A DNA stretch of 64,000 nt from an uncultured virus (IMG/VR IMGVR_UViG_3300030060_002428). Its lineage: Duplodnaviria > Heunggongvirae > Uroviricota > Caudoviricetes > Crassvirales. Each line of letters starts with the position of its first letter. The stretch's first letter is position 1. Shown here in pieces: positions 24,804 through 34,573 of the stretch. The position numbers were made by a program, and so were the translations under genes. The notes beneath the pieces are model-generated. The model made no database searches. It was not told the DNA's origin and saw nothing but the letters and a program-made list of their open reading frames with translations. The stretch is from the IMG/VR virus record IMGVR_UViG_3300030060_002428; one strand, given 5' to 3'.

Positions 24804-27191
24804 CTAAGACTTATTAAAGTTTAATTCAGGATATAAATCAGGTCTAGTTTTAGTCTGTTCTAGGTATCTAGCGTCTTGTATCGCGCGCCTGCGTAACTCT
24901 TGTTTTTGATTATCTAGTAGTTTATCATAATCAATATTAAACTTATCGTTAAGATACCTTCTTACGTAATCTTCTACTGGGTCAACATCAGCTGGTCCAC
25001 CATTCTGATACATACGAGGTCCTCCCATTCTTTGGTCGCTTGGATTTACACGTTCAGTTTCTTGACCTGTAAGAAAGTCTTGGTAACCTTGGTCCCCGGT
25101 ACCAAAATTTTGATAGGTATCAAAAAGATTTGCTACATAATCTCTAGCACCTTCGTACCCAGTACTTGCAAGATCTCCAGCAATCTCAACTGGTTTATCA
25201 AACAGGCCATATTTTCTACCTGTAGATATTAATGTAGACGCAAAATCGCTTCCTTGATCGACAGTTTTTGATTGATCTCCTTTTAATCCAAGAGCAAGAG
25301 TTCGTGCGCCTACTTCTGTCCAATCGCCCCTAGAGAATGCGTCTCCAAACTTAGTAAATTCTAAAGGAGTTGCCCTTCCAAGAATTTCATTACGTAAAAA
25401 GCCCGCTCCTTTTGAGTAAGGCAACACATCTGCAAATCCTTCAACAAAACGGCTTCTAGTGCCCAAATCGCCTTTTCCAGTAAACTCAGCACCTGCTCCT
25501 TCGTACATTTTATTAAACGCCCCTGGTAAACCTGCCAAAGTTTTTCCGTAGTATGTAGACATTAATCCAGACTTTGCTCTTTGAAGGTTTGAAAGCTGAG
25601 TTAGTCCCTGTGTAGTCATTTGCCCAGATCTCAATCCTCCTAAAACTGATCCAAACCCTCCTTCTACACCTGTAATCGCTTGCCCAGCATGAGTTAGAAA
25701 CTTGTTACCAAAATACCTAGGTCCTGAACTTAAAACTTGACCTGTTCTAGTAAGTAGTGGCGCTACTCGTGGTGTAATAGTAGCTACTCCTGTTGATCCA
25801 CCATATGCAGGTATACTAGCTCCTAAACCTATCGTACTAAGAATTGCACTGCCCCAAGCCCCAACTGGCTCGGTTGCTGCATGTTGTTCTGCTCTTTGTT
25901 GTCTATACCTTAGAACACCATCCATACCAAGGTTATCAAAAATCTTTTGCTCCATAGAATTGTTTGCATAAGGATCATATCCTTTAGGAATATCTTGCGG
26001 CTCAAAATCAGCACCAATTTCTACTTCTGGTAAAGGATACGCTCCTTGAGCATCTTGAATCATTTCAAACTCTTCTGGACTTACATTAGAAGATAAAGAT
26101 TGAATGTTATCAGGATTTATATAAGTAACATCTAACCCCTCTGTGCCAAGTCCTGCTTTATTGCTTTCTAAAATAGCTTGGTTTTTAGTAGGCTCATGAT
26201 ATGTAAACTTATTAGTATTCTTATCTAAGTCAAGTATATCTACCTCTGCGTCGGGTCCCCCACCTTGGTATTTCTTTAACCCTCCCTGCCTATAGCTTAA
26301 ACCCATTAATGGCACTCTAGCCATAGTATAATATTTATCTGCCTCTGAACTAATCAATTCAGGATCTATGTGTGCATTTTTAGGATGGTCTTGCGCATAG
26401 TTTACAATAGAGTCTTTTATTGCTGTTGTAAATTCTCTTCTACTCATACCTAATGCTTCCCTCAAAGGCTTTAAATGCGATACCTTTGTTTTCCTAGCAA
26501 GATTAACAGCGTCAAAAAATCCAAAATCTGTGCCCTCTTCCTGATTTTCTTTTACTATCTGATTTACATTATATTCTGTACGGTTTATGGTATTTAATAA
26601 ATTATTTCTGTCCTCTAAAGACATGGTCATCCAAGCATCCTTAACTCCTGGAATACCTGTTGCTATATCTTCAATATGTTGATTTCTTATTTGATGATAG
26701 TTACCTATGTTATATTCTCTATCCTTAAAGCCTGCATTTTGATATTTCTGCTTATATCCACCGTACTTGTATGCAGGTGTTTCTATAACCGTACCTCGCC
26801 CAGGTCCTGTAGGTAAGTTCTGTACACCAGGTGGAACATCCTTAAATGATTGTACTAAGTGCCCTTGCTGATCAAACTTACTAATATTAATAGGAACTTT
26901 CATTCCTTCAGTATTAAACGATGCATTAGGTGCTACATCTGGAAATGCCATAGACGCACCTGTGTTACCCCTAGCATGCTCTTCTCGTAAACCTACCTGC
27001 TGCTCTTGCTGTGTCTTAGCAACCTGCATCTGCTGAGCTTCCATTTGCCTTTTAGCATCCTGCTCTGCATATAACAATGTAGGTACATCTACACCAGCTT
27101 CTGCTTGTGCAAACAGATCTAAGACACTACCTTGGTGCCCAGTTGCTTTAGCGGCATTTAATATTTCCCTACGCTGTTGGTTATTCAGCAT
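24804..27191 (-). CDS. Putative internal (cargo) virion protein with repeated YQxGG motifs
   Basis: Lies between portal and scaffold; repeats KYGGYKQKYQNAG, RQGGLKKYQGGG, RMGGPRMYQNGG; Gly-rich amphipathic central region. Confidence 0.55.
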   Translation of the reverse strand: MLNNQQRREILNAAKATGHQGSVLDLFAQAEAGVDVPTLLYAEQDAKRQMEAQQMQVAKTQQEQQVGLREEHARGNTGASMAFPDVAPNASFNTEGMKVPINISKFDQQGHLVQSFKDVPPGVQNLPTGPGRGTVIETPAYKYGGYKQKYQNAGFKDREYNIGNYHQIRNQHIEDIATGIPGVKDAWMTMSLEDRNNLLNTINRTEYNVNQIVKENQEEGTDFGFFDAVNLARKTKVSHLKPLREALGMSRREFTTAIKDSIVNYAQDHPKNAHIDPELISSEADKYYTMARVPLMGLSYRQGGLKKYQGGGPDAEVDILDLDKNTNKFTYHEPTKNQAILESNKAGLGTEGLDVTYINPDNIQSLSSNVSPEEFEMIQDAQGAYPLPEVEIGADFEPQDIPKGYDPYANNSMEQKIFDNLGMDGVLRYRQQRAEQHAATEPVGAWGSAILSTIGLGASIPAYGGSTGVATITPRVAPLLTRTGQVLSSGPRYFGNKFLTHAGQAITGVEGGFGSVLGGLRSGQMTTQGLTQLSNLQRAKSGLMSTYYGKTLAGLPGAFNKMYEGAGAEFTGKGDLGTRSRFVEGFADVLPYSKGAGFLRNEILGRATPLEFTKFGDAFSRGDWTEVGARTLALGLKGDQSKTVDQGSDFASTLISTGRKYGLFDKPVEIAGDLASTGYEGARDYVANLFDTYQNFGTGDQGYQDFLTGQETERVNPSDQRMGGPRMYQNGGPADVDPVEDYVRRYLNDKFNIDYDKLLDNQKQELRRRAIQDARYLEQTKTRPDLYPELNFNKS

Positions 27192-29466
27192 TTCTTTGCT
27201 CGTTTGCTTCTCTTGCTATAATATTCTTATCTCGCTCAATATCATTCTTAGTAGCATCAGCTTGTATCTTACCTTGTAATTCTTGCTCTCTAATATCTAG
27301 CTCTTTTTGCTTTACCTCAAAGTCACGTAGCATCTTCTGCATATTAAAGCTGTCACCTTCAGGATTCTTCTTAGCTTCTGCGTTAATAAGTGCGATTTCA
27401 ATATCTGTCTGTCTATCTTTCTCTTTCTCCATCGCTTCCTGCTGCATCTTCATTTGCTCCATCTGCATAGCTTGTTGCTGTGCTTGCTGTTGTGCTTGTT
27501 GCTGTGCAGCCTCTAATTCTTCAGCCGCTTTTTCTGCAGCCTTAAGTTTAGACTTAATCTGCGGGAAGCTTTCTGCGTCTAACATATCGACTACAGTAGA
27601 TGGCTTAGCACCATTCTGTATCATAGCCTGTGTAAATCCTTTGATTTGGTCTAGCTTCATCTGATCCTTACCAGCATCTGACAAGAATATACCGTAGTTA
27701 GACTCCATGTGGTCAAAAGAATCCAAGTCTAAAAAGTCTACTGTTCCGTCAGGCATAACATACTGGCCTTTCTTACCAGATAGCCAAGCCTCCTTTGAAT
27801 AGTCTAGTAGAGCTTGCATATCTCTTTGCTCTAGTCTAGAAAACTTACGGAATAGATCTTCTGTAATATGTGATGACTGTAGAATAGCTTGTTGTGAAGA
27901 TGCCTTGCCTTCATACGCACCAATCTCACCTTGTCTCTGGCGACTTACACCAGATAGCTTTTCCCACTCTCCTAGAATAGACTCAAGCAATACAATGTAC
28001 TGTTGTATAGTCTTAATAGACATATCTAACACTGACTGGTGTTGTGGTGATAGCTGTATGCCTTCTTTGTTGTAATCAACCCATGCAATACCTGTACCTT
28101 CTACATAGTACATGAATTTGTCCATGTCCCACTTCTTAGGAATCATGTTAATGTCAAACTGGGCAATAATATCTTTACTTCTAGCAATCGCTAGCTCTAA
28201 ACGGTACTTATAAATATTGTAGTTCAACTGGTATGCAATACCCATTGATACTAGAGATATATTCTTAGAGTTTATATCTGAATACTTACGTCCGTTAATT
28301 GGTAGCTTACACTTAGACGGGTTGTCTAAAGAAATCCTCTGGTTAGCTAGTGGATTTATGTTAATGTAAAATCTACCATCAATACGTGTTCCTTCCCACA
28401 CCTCGTTAGTCCATACCCATTTTAGTGTAGCACCCGCTTCTTTCATTTCAGCAGGCATTCTAAATCCATCATCTACCTCCATCTCTTCCATCATGCCTGT
28501 CTCAGGGTCTACGTAGTTCAAAAAGCCAATACGCTTTCTAGACTTCCAATACACATTAGCTACTTCTACAAGTCTATTTCTGTGTACGTTTGGATCAGAG
28601 GTTGATGTTGCCCTAAATAATAAATAAGACTCTACGTCTTGTTGTCTAGGCTCTTCTAGTTCTAGTACTTGCTCGTCTGACAAAAACTCATGGTAGTGGT
28701 CAACAACTGTAGACGCGTGCACGTACTTACGTACAATTGCCCAATCGCCATCTTCTACAAACTCAAGATCTGGATCTTTATCGTAATCTACGTCAATAGG
28801 ATTTAGTATATCGTAGAACGGCTCTTTGTTGCGTACACCTCTGTGTGTGTATACTTCTCCTGCTACTAGAAAATGAAACCACGCCTTTTGTATTTTATCA
28901 TACACTTCTTGCTCTTGCATAATGTATGACATAGCATGTTGCCCTTTGATAGCTCTGTTATCTACATAAGTGTTATCAAACTGCTGTGCAATATGCTCAG
29001 GCAAAGGAACCTCTTCAGGTATTTGCCCAGGTTGTATCATTTCTGGGTTCTGCTCAGCTAATACTTTTAGAAACTGCATCTGCAAACTCTGATATATAGC
29101 TTGCTGCTTTGCATTTTCTTTTTCTGAGATAGCATCCCCATTTTGTACGGTAACAGTATAATTGAGAGGTCGTTTTGACTTTTCGCCTAGTAGAAGATCC
29201 ACAATAGGTTTAATAATAGGATAGTTACGCATTTTAGAGGGGAAATTCTTACGGGCTTTTCCATAAGGTTTTAAAACGTAACGATAGTCGGCCTCATCAA
29301 TTATACCGTTATAATAATCATATAAAATCTTTAGATCATCTTTGTGATCGTCTATGCCATTGTGAGATAAGTTAATAAAAGCTTCAACGCACTGCTCGCG
29401 CCACTTTTTCGTTTTCTTAGACATAGGCAGCCTTTGCTGCGGTATTTTTTCTCCCCCTAAATACAT
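27181..29466 (-). CDS. Portal protein (crAss-type)
   Basis: IPQQRLPMSKKTKKW, NYPIIKPIVDLLLGE, EVWEGTRI, GVSRQRQG; follows TerL. Confidence 0.9.
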   Translation of the reverse strand: MYLGGEKIPQQRLPMSKKTKKWREQCVEAFINLSHNGIDDHKDDLKILYDYYNGIIDEADYRYVLKPYGKARKNFPSKMRNYPIIKPIVDLLLGEKSKRPLNYTVTVQNGDAISEKENAKQQAIYQSLQMQFLKVLAEQNPEMIQPGQIPEEVPLPEHIAQQFDNTYVDNRAIKGQHAMSYIMQEQEVYDKIQKAWFHFLVAGEVYTHRGVRNKEPFYDILNPIDVDYDKDPDLEFVEDGDWAIVRKYVHASTVVDHYHEFLSDEQVLELEEPRQQDVESYLLFRATSTSDPNVHRNRLVEVANVYWKSRKRIGFLNYVDPETGMMEEMEVDDGFRMPAEMKEAGATLKWVWTNEVWEGTRIDGRFYININPLANQRISLDNPSKCKLPINGRKYSDINSKNISLVSMGIAYQLNYNIYKYRLELAIARSKDIIAQFDINMIPKKWDMDKFMYYVEGTGIAWVDYNKEGIQLSPQHQSVLDMSIKTIQQYIVLLESILGEWEKLSGVSRQRQGEIGAYEGKASSQQAILQSSHITEDLFRKFSRLEQRDMQALLDYSKEAWLSGKKGQYVMPDGTVDFLDLDSFDHMESNYGIFLSDAGKDQMKLDQIKGFTQAMIQNGAKPSTVVDMLDAESFPQIKSKLKAAEKAAEELEAAQQQAQQQAQQQAMQMEQMKMQQEAMEKEKDRQTDIEIALINAEAKKNPEGDSFNMQKMLRDFEVKQKELDIREQELQGKIQADATKNDIERDKNIIAREANEQRNAE

Positions 29467-29472
29467 GAATTA

Positions 29473-29501
29473 CAAAATTACTAAATTTTTATACAAGTCA
29501 A
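29473..29501 (-). promoter_or_regulatory. Bacteroidota-type promoter upstream of portal
   Basis: Minus strand TTG-N18-TAATTTTG, 7 nt upstream of the portal ATG. Confidence 0.5.
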
Positions 29502-29543
29502 TACACCCTACAATTTTTAAGATTATCATTATAGATATAACAC

Positions 29544-31523
29544 TTAATTGTAGTTATTGTCAAACCAGCTGTCAACAGATCTGTCTTCTAGCACCTCTTT
29601 GACTTCTGCATTGTACAACTCTCTAGTGTGGTACATGCCTATCATTAACGCCATTACACGGTCAAAGTTGCCTTTGTGGTTAAACTTTATAAGCTCTTGC
29701 AGTAACGCCAGGTCATAGATTTTATGCATGTTTAGAACAGTAGTCCCATCTTCATTTACAGACCTAGTAGTATTTAACCAGTCCCTAATATACAACTCGC
29801 CTTGCCTTTTCCTAGCCTCAGTTGTATGCATACCATACTGACGCTTTACATTCTTAGATCTTAAATCTTTCTTGTCTAGCATCTCAAATTCTACCTGCAG
29901 CTTATGCAGTTTCCTGTGCTGTTTAGCATACTGTATTACAGCTCCGCGATCATTCTCAAAACCAATTTTAGCATTGTAATAATCAGCAAGCATAAACAAA
30001 TTCCTATTATACTCGTCTTGCGTGTGTGGTCGTCCAACATAACTAGCTACTATTAAATCATCAGGTTGACTGATATTGTTTACTCTTTTTATAACATATG
30101 CAGCTCCTAGCGATGTAGAGTCTGCAGATTGATTTTGTCCGTAAGGGTCATGGCATACTAGGTATAAGTTATGCGGTGTTTGACCAGATGCATTTTTATA
30201 CGGCCCCTCGTAGATAGTTATAGCTCCGTGTAGGTTATCTTCTTTTCTATGAGGAAATCGTAGTATTGGCTTAGCATCTCCATCCATTGCAAACTCTATC
30301 TTATTGCCCTTACCGTAATACAACTTGCCTGCAGTTCCTATAGAATGCAGATTATTGACTTTTACTTTGTTGTACTGTTCTTGTAACGATGCTATATCAA
30401 ACAGATTAGATGATACTTGTAAAGTAGCTTCCCTAGGATTTTCAGGATGCTCTGCTATGTACTGGTCATATGCCTTAGGATCGTTAGTTCCTTTTTTCTT
30501 AGTTCTATTCTTTAGCTCAAAAGCTTTGGCAGGTTCTACTAGAGAATTACCATCGTCATCTATAAATCCTTCTAGGTTTTCGTAGATAGGTACAAAGTGT
30601 CCGCATACAGTACCCATTGCACCGTCGTCCCATTCGTTTTCAAAAGCTAAACAGTCGTATGAGTCAGGGTTATAGAACAGTTCTTCCATACCCTCAAAGT
30701 CTGCACCCTCTGTACCACCCGTACCAAAAGCAACCATAGTACCTAACGTCTTAGATCCCTGTCGCATAGTAGGCATAGCTACCTCCCACGCTTTTAGTAG
30801 TCCTGGAAACGCACCGGCCTCCTCAAAAAAGATAAGCTCGCCCGCTTTACCACGCACTTTGTCTGGCGCATCTTTTAATGACACGCCCATAATCTGTGAT
30901 TTCATGCCTAGCTCTACGTCAGCTCCGTTTACATTCTTTTTGTACCCAGACATCTTGTTCATTTCTCTGTCTCGCAGTCTAGGCTGTGTCCATGCTGTAT
31001 TATCGTCTACAAATGACAGAATCTCCCAAGCCTTTGACAACAATCCGTCACCAATCAAGTATTCTTTCTGCCCTGCAAACACGTAGTTCTTACTATTGCG
31101 GATATGAAAGTAGTTCCTAGCTAGCATTGCAGCTGCTTTATAAGAATATCCTTTACGACGCGCTTTTAACACCGTCATATGCTTGTTTTGCCTCCTGCAT
31201 GTATCTATTGCAGTAAAGTATTTCCAATCTCCATCGTAAAATGCAGGGAATGTACGCTCTCTTCGCGCAATAATAGTTCCGTCTGGTAACTCTTCGTCTA
31301 CAGATCTGTCAATAGGGCAATAGTTAAGATAGAAGTAGTGATTACCAGTAATAACAATCTCATCATCCTGGCCCTCACCTACAGTATAGCCGTATACGCA
31401 ACGATGCCTTTCCCTATCCCAGTAGTCATAGTATTCCTTAGTGTTAGGAAGAGCATTTGTGTAGTAGCCATGCTCCATATACTGTAAAGCAGCTGGTCTT
31501 AGCCTATCAGTTTTTGTAAACAT
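29544..31523 (-). CDS. terL: Terminase large subunit
   Basis: ITGNHYFYLN, Walker A KARRKGYSY, Walker B FEEAG, FGTGG coupling motif, nuclease CHDPY...FENDRG...NFDRVMA. Confidence 0.95.
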   Translation of the reverse strand: MFTKTDRLRPAALQYMEHGYYTNALPNTKEYYDYWDRERHRCVYGYTVGEGQDDEIVITGNHYFYLNYCPIDRSVDEELPDGTIIARRERTFPAFYDGDWKYFTAIDTCRRQNKHMTVLKARRKGYSYKAAAMLARNYFHIRNSKNYVFAGQKEYLIGDGLLSKAWEILSFVDDNTAWTQPRLRDREMNKMSGYKKNVNGADVELGMKSQIMGVSLKDAPDKVRGKAGELIFFEEAGAFPGLLKAWEVAMPTMRQGSKTLGTMVAFGTGGTEGADFEGMEELFYNPDSYDCLAFENEWDDGAMGTVCGHFVPIYENLEGFIDDDGNSLVEPAKAFELKNRTKKKGTNDPKAYDQYIAEHPENPREATLQVSSNLFDIASLQEQYNKVKVNNLHSIGTAGKLYYGKGNKIEFAMDGDAKPILRFPHRKEDNLHGAITIYEGPYKNASGQTPHNLYLVCHDPYGQNQSADSTSLGAAYVIKRVNNISQPDDLIVASYVGRPHTQDEYNRNLFMLADYYNAKIGFENDRGAVIQYAKQHRKLHKLQVEFEMLDKKDLRSKNVKRQYGMHTTEARKRQGELYIRDWLNTTRSVNEDGTTVLNMHKIYDLALLQELIKFNHKGNFDRVMALMIGMYHTRELYNAEVKEVLEDRSVDSWFDNNYN

Positions 31524-31777
31524 CTATTTTTAATCTTTAGCAACTTTGCACACTTCTCGTATTCTTCGTTAGACTCCATGTATTCTATTACTAAGTCTAT
31601 CGTTGCAGCATCTCTGCCGTCACTTTCTAGTGGATCAAAGGGTAAGTAGAATTCTTCAATCTCTCCATTCTGTTCATAGTCGTAGAAGACATCATCTAAA
31701 GTTATTTCTTTAGTGATAAGCCCATATGCATTCTGCATTGATCTTTCGTATCGTTCTATGTCTTCTAAAAAGTCCAC
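31499..31777 (-). CDS. Small protein with UVR-like C-terminal hairpin
   Basis: GTG start; ESNEEYEKCAKLLKIK motif. Confidence 0.55.
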   Translation of the reverse strand: MDFLEDIERYERSMQNAYGLITKEITLDDVFYDYEQNGEIEEFYLPFDPLESDGRDAATIDLVIEYMESNEEYEKCAKLLKIKNRCLQKLIG

Positions 31778-32316
31778 TATTGACTGTACTTGTTTACCTC
31801 AACACCACCACGGTTGCTAGATTGGACTTGCTCCTCCTTCTTAACTAGGTCTTCTAGTTTACTTATTCCGTTAACTACGTCACCCATCTTAGATAGATTT
31901 GCAACAAGGTCCTTAGCAGCAAATATAGGCTTTCCGTTATCATCTGTCAAGGTCAGATCTACATCTTTAAAATATTTCTCTAGCTTAACGACAGATTCCC
32001 TAGCAGCTTTTAGTAATCTAACTGCAGATGTTTCTTTTAGCTTTCTATACTTTAGGCATGCAGCTTTCACTACCTCGTCAGGCGCCCACTTACTTTCTCC
32101 AAACACGCTAAGCTTTACTTCTGACGGTCTCCTGTCCTCGTCGTAAACTGCAAACGGAGAGTTATGGTCACATACAAAATATATATATGCAAGTTCTTTT
32201 GTTGACTTGTCCTTACCCTTGCTTTTGTCCCTACTAACTAGTTTAGAAAATTCGTCTATCTTCAAAACATACGGAGACGGTATTGCTACGTTATCACTTA
32301 TTGTTAGTAAGTCCAT
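31777..32316 (-). CDS. Putative terminase small subunit (crAss-type)
   Basis: Upstream of TerL; RDKSKGK..KELAYIYF.CD..SPF, C-terminal NRGG. Confidence 0.55.
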   Translation of the reverse strand: MDLLTISDNVAIPSPYVLKIDEFSKLVSRDKSKGKDKSTKELAYIYFVCDHNSPFAVYDEDRRPSEVKLSVFGESKWAPDEVVKAACLKYRKLKETSAVRLLKAARESVVKLEKYFKDVDLTLTDDNGKPIFAAKDLVANLSKMGDVVNGISKLEDLVKKEEQVQSSNRGGVEVNKYSQ

Positions 32317-32530
32317 CTTTCTGCTTTTTTGTGTTATCTAAATGTTTTACCCTGTTACCCTTAACAGAAAACTTACCAAAGTACGGTAATCTTACAGCTT
32401 CAAACTTACCTTCCTCCATAACCTTGCCTACATACTTAAACTGCGACTCTATAATGTCAGTCACAGTCTTTAGTGGCAAGTTATACTTACTCGCTAAGTT
32501 CTGAATCAGGGCTTTCTTCGATTTTGCCAT
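32294..32530 (-). CDS. HU/IHF-like DNA-binding protein (short)
   Basis: KKALIQNLA, VRLPYFGKFSVK. Confidence 0.75.
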   Translation of the reverse strand: MAKSKKALIQNLASKYNLPLKTVTDIIESQFKYVGKVMEEGKFEAVRLPYFGKFSVKGNRVKHLDNTKKQKDGLTNNK

Positions 32531-32792
32531 ATGACATTATTTGAGGTGCCCACTTTTTCTTTGGACACGTCGTTGTTTTCCATTTTGCTTTATGCTCTAC
32601 TAAGCATCCACACGCACCGCACCTAGATTTCTCTTCTACAAAATGCTCACAGCCTTCGCAAATACCAAGTCGTCTAGAGTATTCGTCTGGTGTAACATTT
32701 GGTGCGCCTTCCTTAATATACTTAGCCAGATCCTTAGTAAAATTTTTAGTCATCTGCCAAACGCTAGGAAATTTATGTTTCTTATCACTCAT
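32487..32792 (-). CDS. Cys-rich zinc-ribbon protein (DUF6171-like)
   Basis: RLGICEGCEHF...RCGACGC...CPKKKW. Confidence 0.6.
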   Translation of the reverse strand: MSDKKHKFPSVWQMTKNFTKDLAKYIKEGAPNVTPDEYSRRLGICEGCEHFVEEKSRCGACGCLVEHKAKWKTTTCPKKKWAPQIMSYGKIEESPDSELSE

Positions 32793-32908
32793 TATCTAAA
32801 TAGTTCATGGGATTCTACTTCCTCAGTTAATATGCTTAACAGTTTACCATTTGCATCCTGGCATATAGCAATATACCAAGGTTCAAAATAGTACTGCGTC
32901 ATAACCAT
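32792..32908 (-). CDS. Small hypothetical protein (38 aa)
   Basis: My translation: MVMTQYYFEPWYIAICQDANGKLLSILTEEVESHELFR; TAATG-coupled to the next gene. Confidence 0.4.
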   Translation of the reverse strand: MVMTQYYFEPWYIAICQDANGKLLSILTEEVESHELFR

Positions 32909-32924
32909 TCCTTTTGGGACACGA

Positions 32925-33254
32925 TCAATTCCACTTGACATTAACTTGGACACTCTCTGTATTAGTATTTAGCAATTGATTCAAAACATAGTTCTTACCA
33001 TCTTTACGTATAGCGCCCTTATCCTTAAACTTCTTTACATAGTTGTTCAAAGTGTTAAAGTCTTTAATACCTAACGATCTTGCTGCAGCCTTCTTGTTCT
33101 TAGACGTACAAAGATTTTTTTCCTCTGTTATCTGGTTACAATCAACAAGTGCAGCTAGAACTCTTAATTCCATATCTGTTAAGTTAAAGACTCCATTCCA
33201 TAACTGCAAATACTTAAATGTAGAATTTACTCTAATCGTTATCTTCTGGTTCAT
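32925..33254 (-). CDS. Winged-helix DNA-binding protein
   Basis: NLTDMELRVL...AARSLGIKDFNTLNNYVKKFKDKGAIRKDGKNYVLN. Confidence 0.6.
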   Translation of the reverse strand: MNQKITIRVNSTFKYLQLWNGVFNLTDMELRVLAALVDCNQITEEKNLCTSKNKKAAARSLGIKDFNTLNNYVKKFKDKGAIRKDGKNYVLNQLLNTNTESVQVNVKWN

Positions 33255-33510
33255 CTTCTTTAGCTTTTTTAACTTCTTCCTCTACTAGCTCTGCATGCGG
33301 TAATTGCATAGCATACTTGTAAAGAATAGTCTCCATTTCTGTAGGATTCTCTCTGAAGTTATATATTTCTATATAGTTATATAGCGCAAGAGTATGATGA
33401 CTTAACTGCTGTTCTAGTGTATCAATTATCTTGTACACCTTGTAGTCCACCTTATACTTAAGGCCTTCAATCGTTATCTTCCGCTTTGTTTTCTTTTTTG
33501 TCTGTATCAT
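33232..33510 (-). CDS. Hypothetical protein
   Basis: Part of an overlapping gene chain. Confidence 0.5.
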   Translation of the reverse strand: MIQTKKKTKRKITIEGLKYKVDYKVYKIIDTLEQQLSHHTLALYNYIEIYNFRENPTEMETILYKYAMQLPHAELVEEEVKKAKEDEPEDND

Positions 33511-33703
33511 CTTCTACTAAAACTTCTATTATGTATTCGTGATCCCCTATGAAAACTTTGACATCCCATGTCGCTGTTATATTTTTCTCTGACCATATCA
33601 TTAGCTTCTTTTTAAAATCTGTTGTTAACTCAAACAATTCGTCTAGATCATATGTCACAAACCTAGTCTTGATCATCTGTGAATTGTATTCTTGCTCGTC
33701 CAT
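33467..33703 (-). CDS. Hypothetical protein
   Basis: Part of an overlapping gene chain; true start uncertain. Confidence 0.45.
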   Translation of the reverse strand: MDEQEYNSQMIKTRFVTYDLDELFELTTDFKKKLMIWSEKNITATWDVKVFIGDHEYIIEVLVEDDTDKKENKAEDND

Positions 33704-33914
33704 CTTCTAGTATAATCTTAGCAGATTTAGACTGCTTATTAAACTCAGATACATGTGGCTCTATATCAGCACGAGTAGACAGGAAGCTTAAGAACACAGC
33801 CATCTCTTTGCCAGCACGCTTTGTACTAGCACTCAGAGATTCTGTTTTTTCTTGAGCATCTAGAAGATCATGATAATCATCTAGCGATATAGTCACTGTG
33901 CCTGCAGGTCTCAC
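33663..33914 (-). CDS. Hypothetical protein
   Basis: GTGA overlap with groES; GTVTISLDDY motif. Confidence 0.55.
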   Translation of the reverse strand: MRPAGTVTISLDDYHDLLDAQEKTESLSASTKRAGKEMAVFLSFLSTRADIEPHVSEFNKQSKSAKIILEDGRARIQFTDDQD

Positions 33915-34195
33915 TTCTTAATCTTTCCGAGTATTTGAAACTCGTTTACAAACAAATGAGGAACCTCATCAATATGTATAAGCATAGCTTCAGAAGTAGG
34001 ATCAACCATAACGGTATCCCCTGTCTTTGTATGCCTACAGTCTGGACCTACGGCCAGAACCTCCAAGATATTAGTTTGTAATTGTTTTGCTGTCTCGTCA
34101 TCTAAGTAAATGCCAGACTTTGTCTTCTTTGTAGAAGGTTGAGGTAATACTACCCACCCTCCAAAGGGTGTAAAATTTAATTTGCTCTTAGCCAT
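33911..34195 (-). CDS. groES: Co-chaperonin GroES-like protein
   Basis: FTPFGGWVVL, KTKSGIYL mobile loop, EVLAVGP, GDTVMV, EFQILG. Confidence 0.85.
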   Translation of the reverse strand: MAKSKLNFTPFGGWVVLPQPSTKKTKSGIYLDDETAKQLQTNILEVLAVGPDCRHTKTGDTVMVDPTSEAMLIHIDEVPHLFVNEFQILGKIKK

Positions 34196-34264
34196 TATCT
34201 AAAAATTAGTTTTAGGCTAAGTTATAAATAAATTATTTACAGTTCCAAAAAAAATTTAAAATTT

Positions 34265-34538
34265 GTTCCCGATTGGACACAGTTACCCCCTTGGGGTTTC
34301 CTATTTCGATTGGAACTTTACTGTCAGCAGTGCTTCTCTATTAAGAGACCAAGGGACACTAAAACTAGTGTTAATTCACCGCACCTACCTGTGTGCAATG
34401 TGTCCCAACTGACGGCTATATCCGCTCTTTCTGAGGCTATCGGAGAAAACTCTAGGTTCTATTTGAACCCTACAATCCAACGTCTGACCCTATACTGCCC
34501 GTTTGGTCCTCTAGGGTGATACACTTTCGTGTGCCTCG
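34265..34538 (-). ncRNA. Putative highly structured ~270-nt non-coding RNA (or structured leader)
   Basis: GC-richer non-coding island with at least 8 nested stems, including ACAC-GAAA-GTGT and a long-range TTGGGACACA/TGTGTCCAA pairing; begins just after a consensus promoter. Confidence 0.55.
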
Positions 34539-34541
34539 ATG

Positions 34542-34573
34542 CAAAGATAGAAAAAAATCTTTAACTACCGCAA
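34542..34573 (-). promoter_or_regulatory. Bacteroidota sigma-A promoter driving the structured RNA/late operon
   Basis: Minus strand TTG-N21-TATCTTTG. Confidence 0.7.

Noticed and set aside
34310..34519. 69-aa plus-strand ORF over the structured island
   Set aside because: TTG start, atypical composition, antisense to the promoter; probably spurious.
34265..34538. Group I intron, tRNA or tmRNA identity for the structured island
   Set aside because: GGATATAGCC resembles a group I S element, but I found no matching R/P7 partner or interrupted gene. There is no cloverleaf, T-loop with CCA end, or tag ORF.
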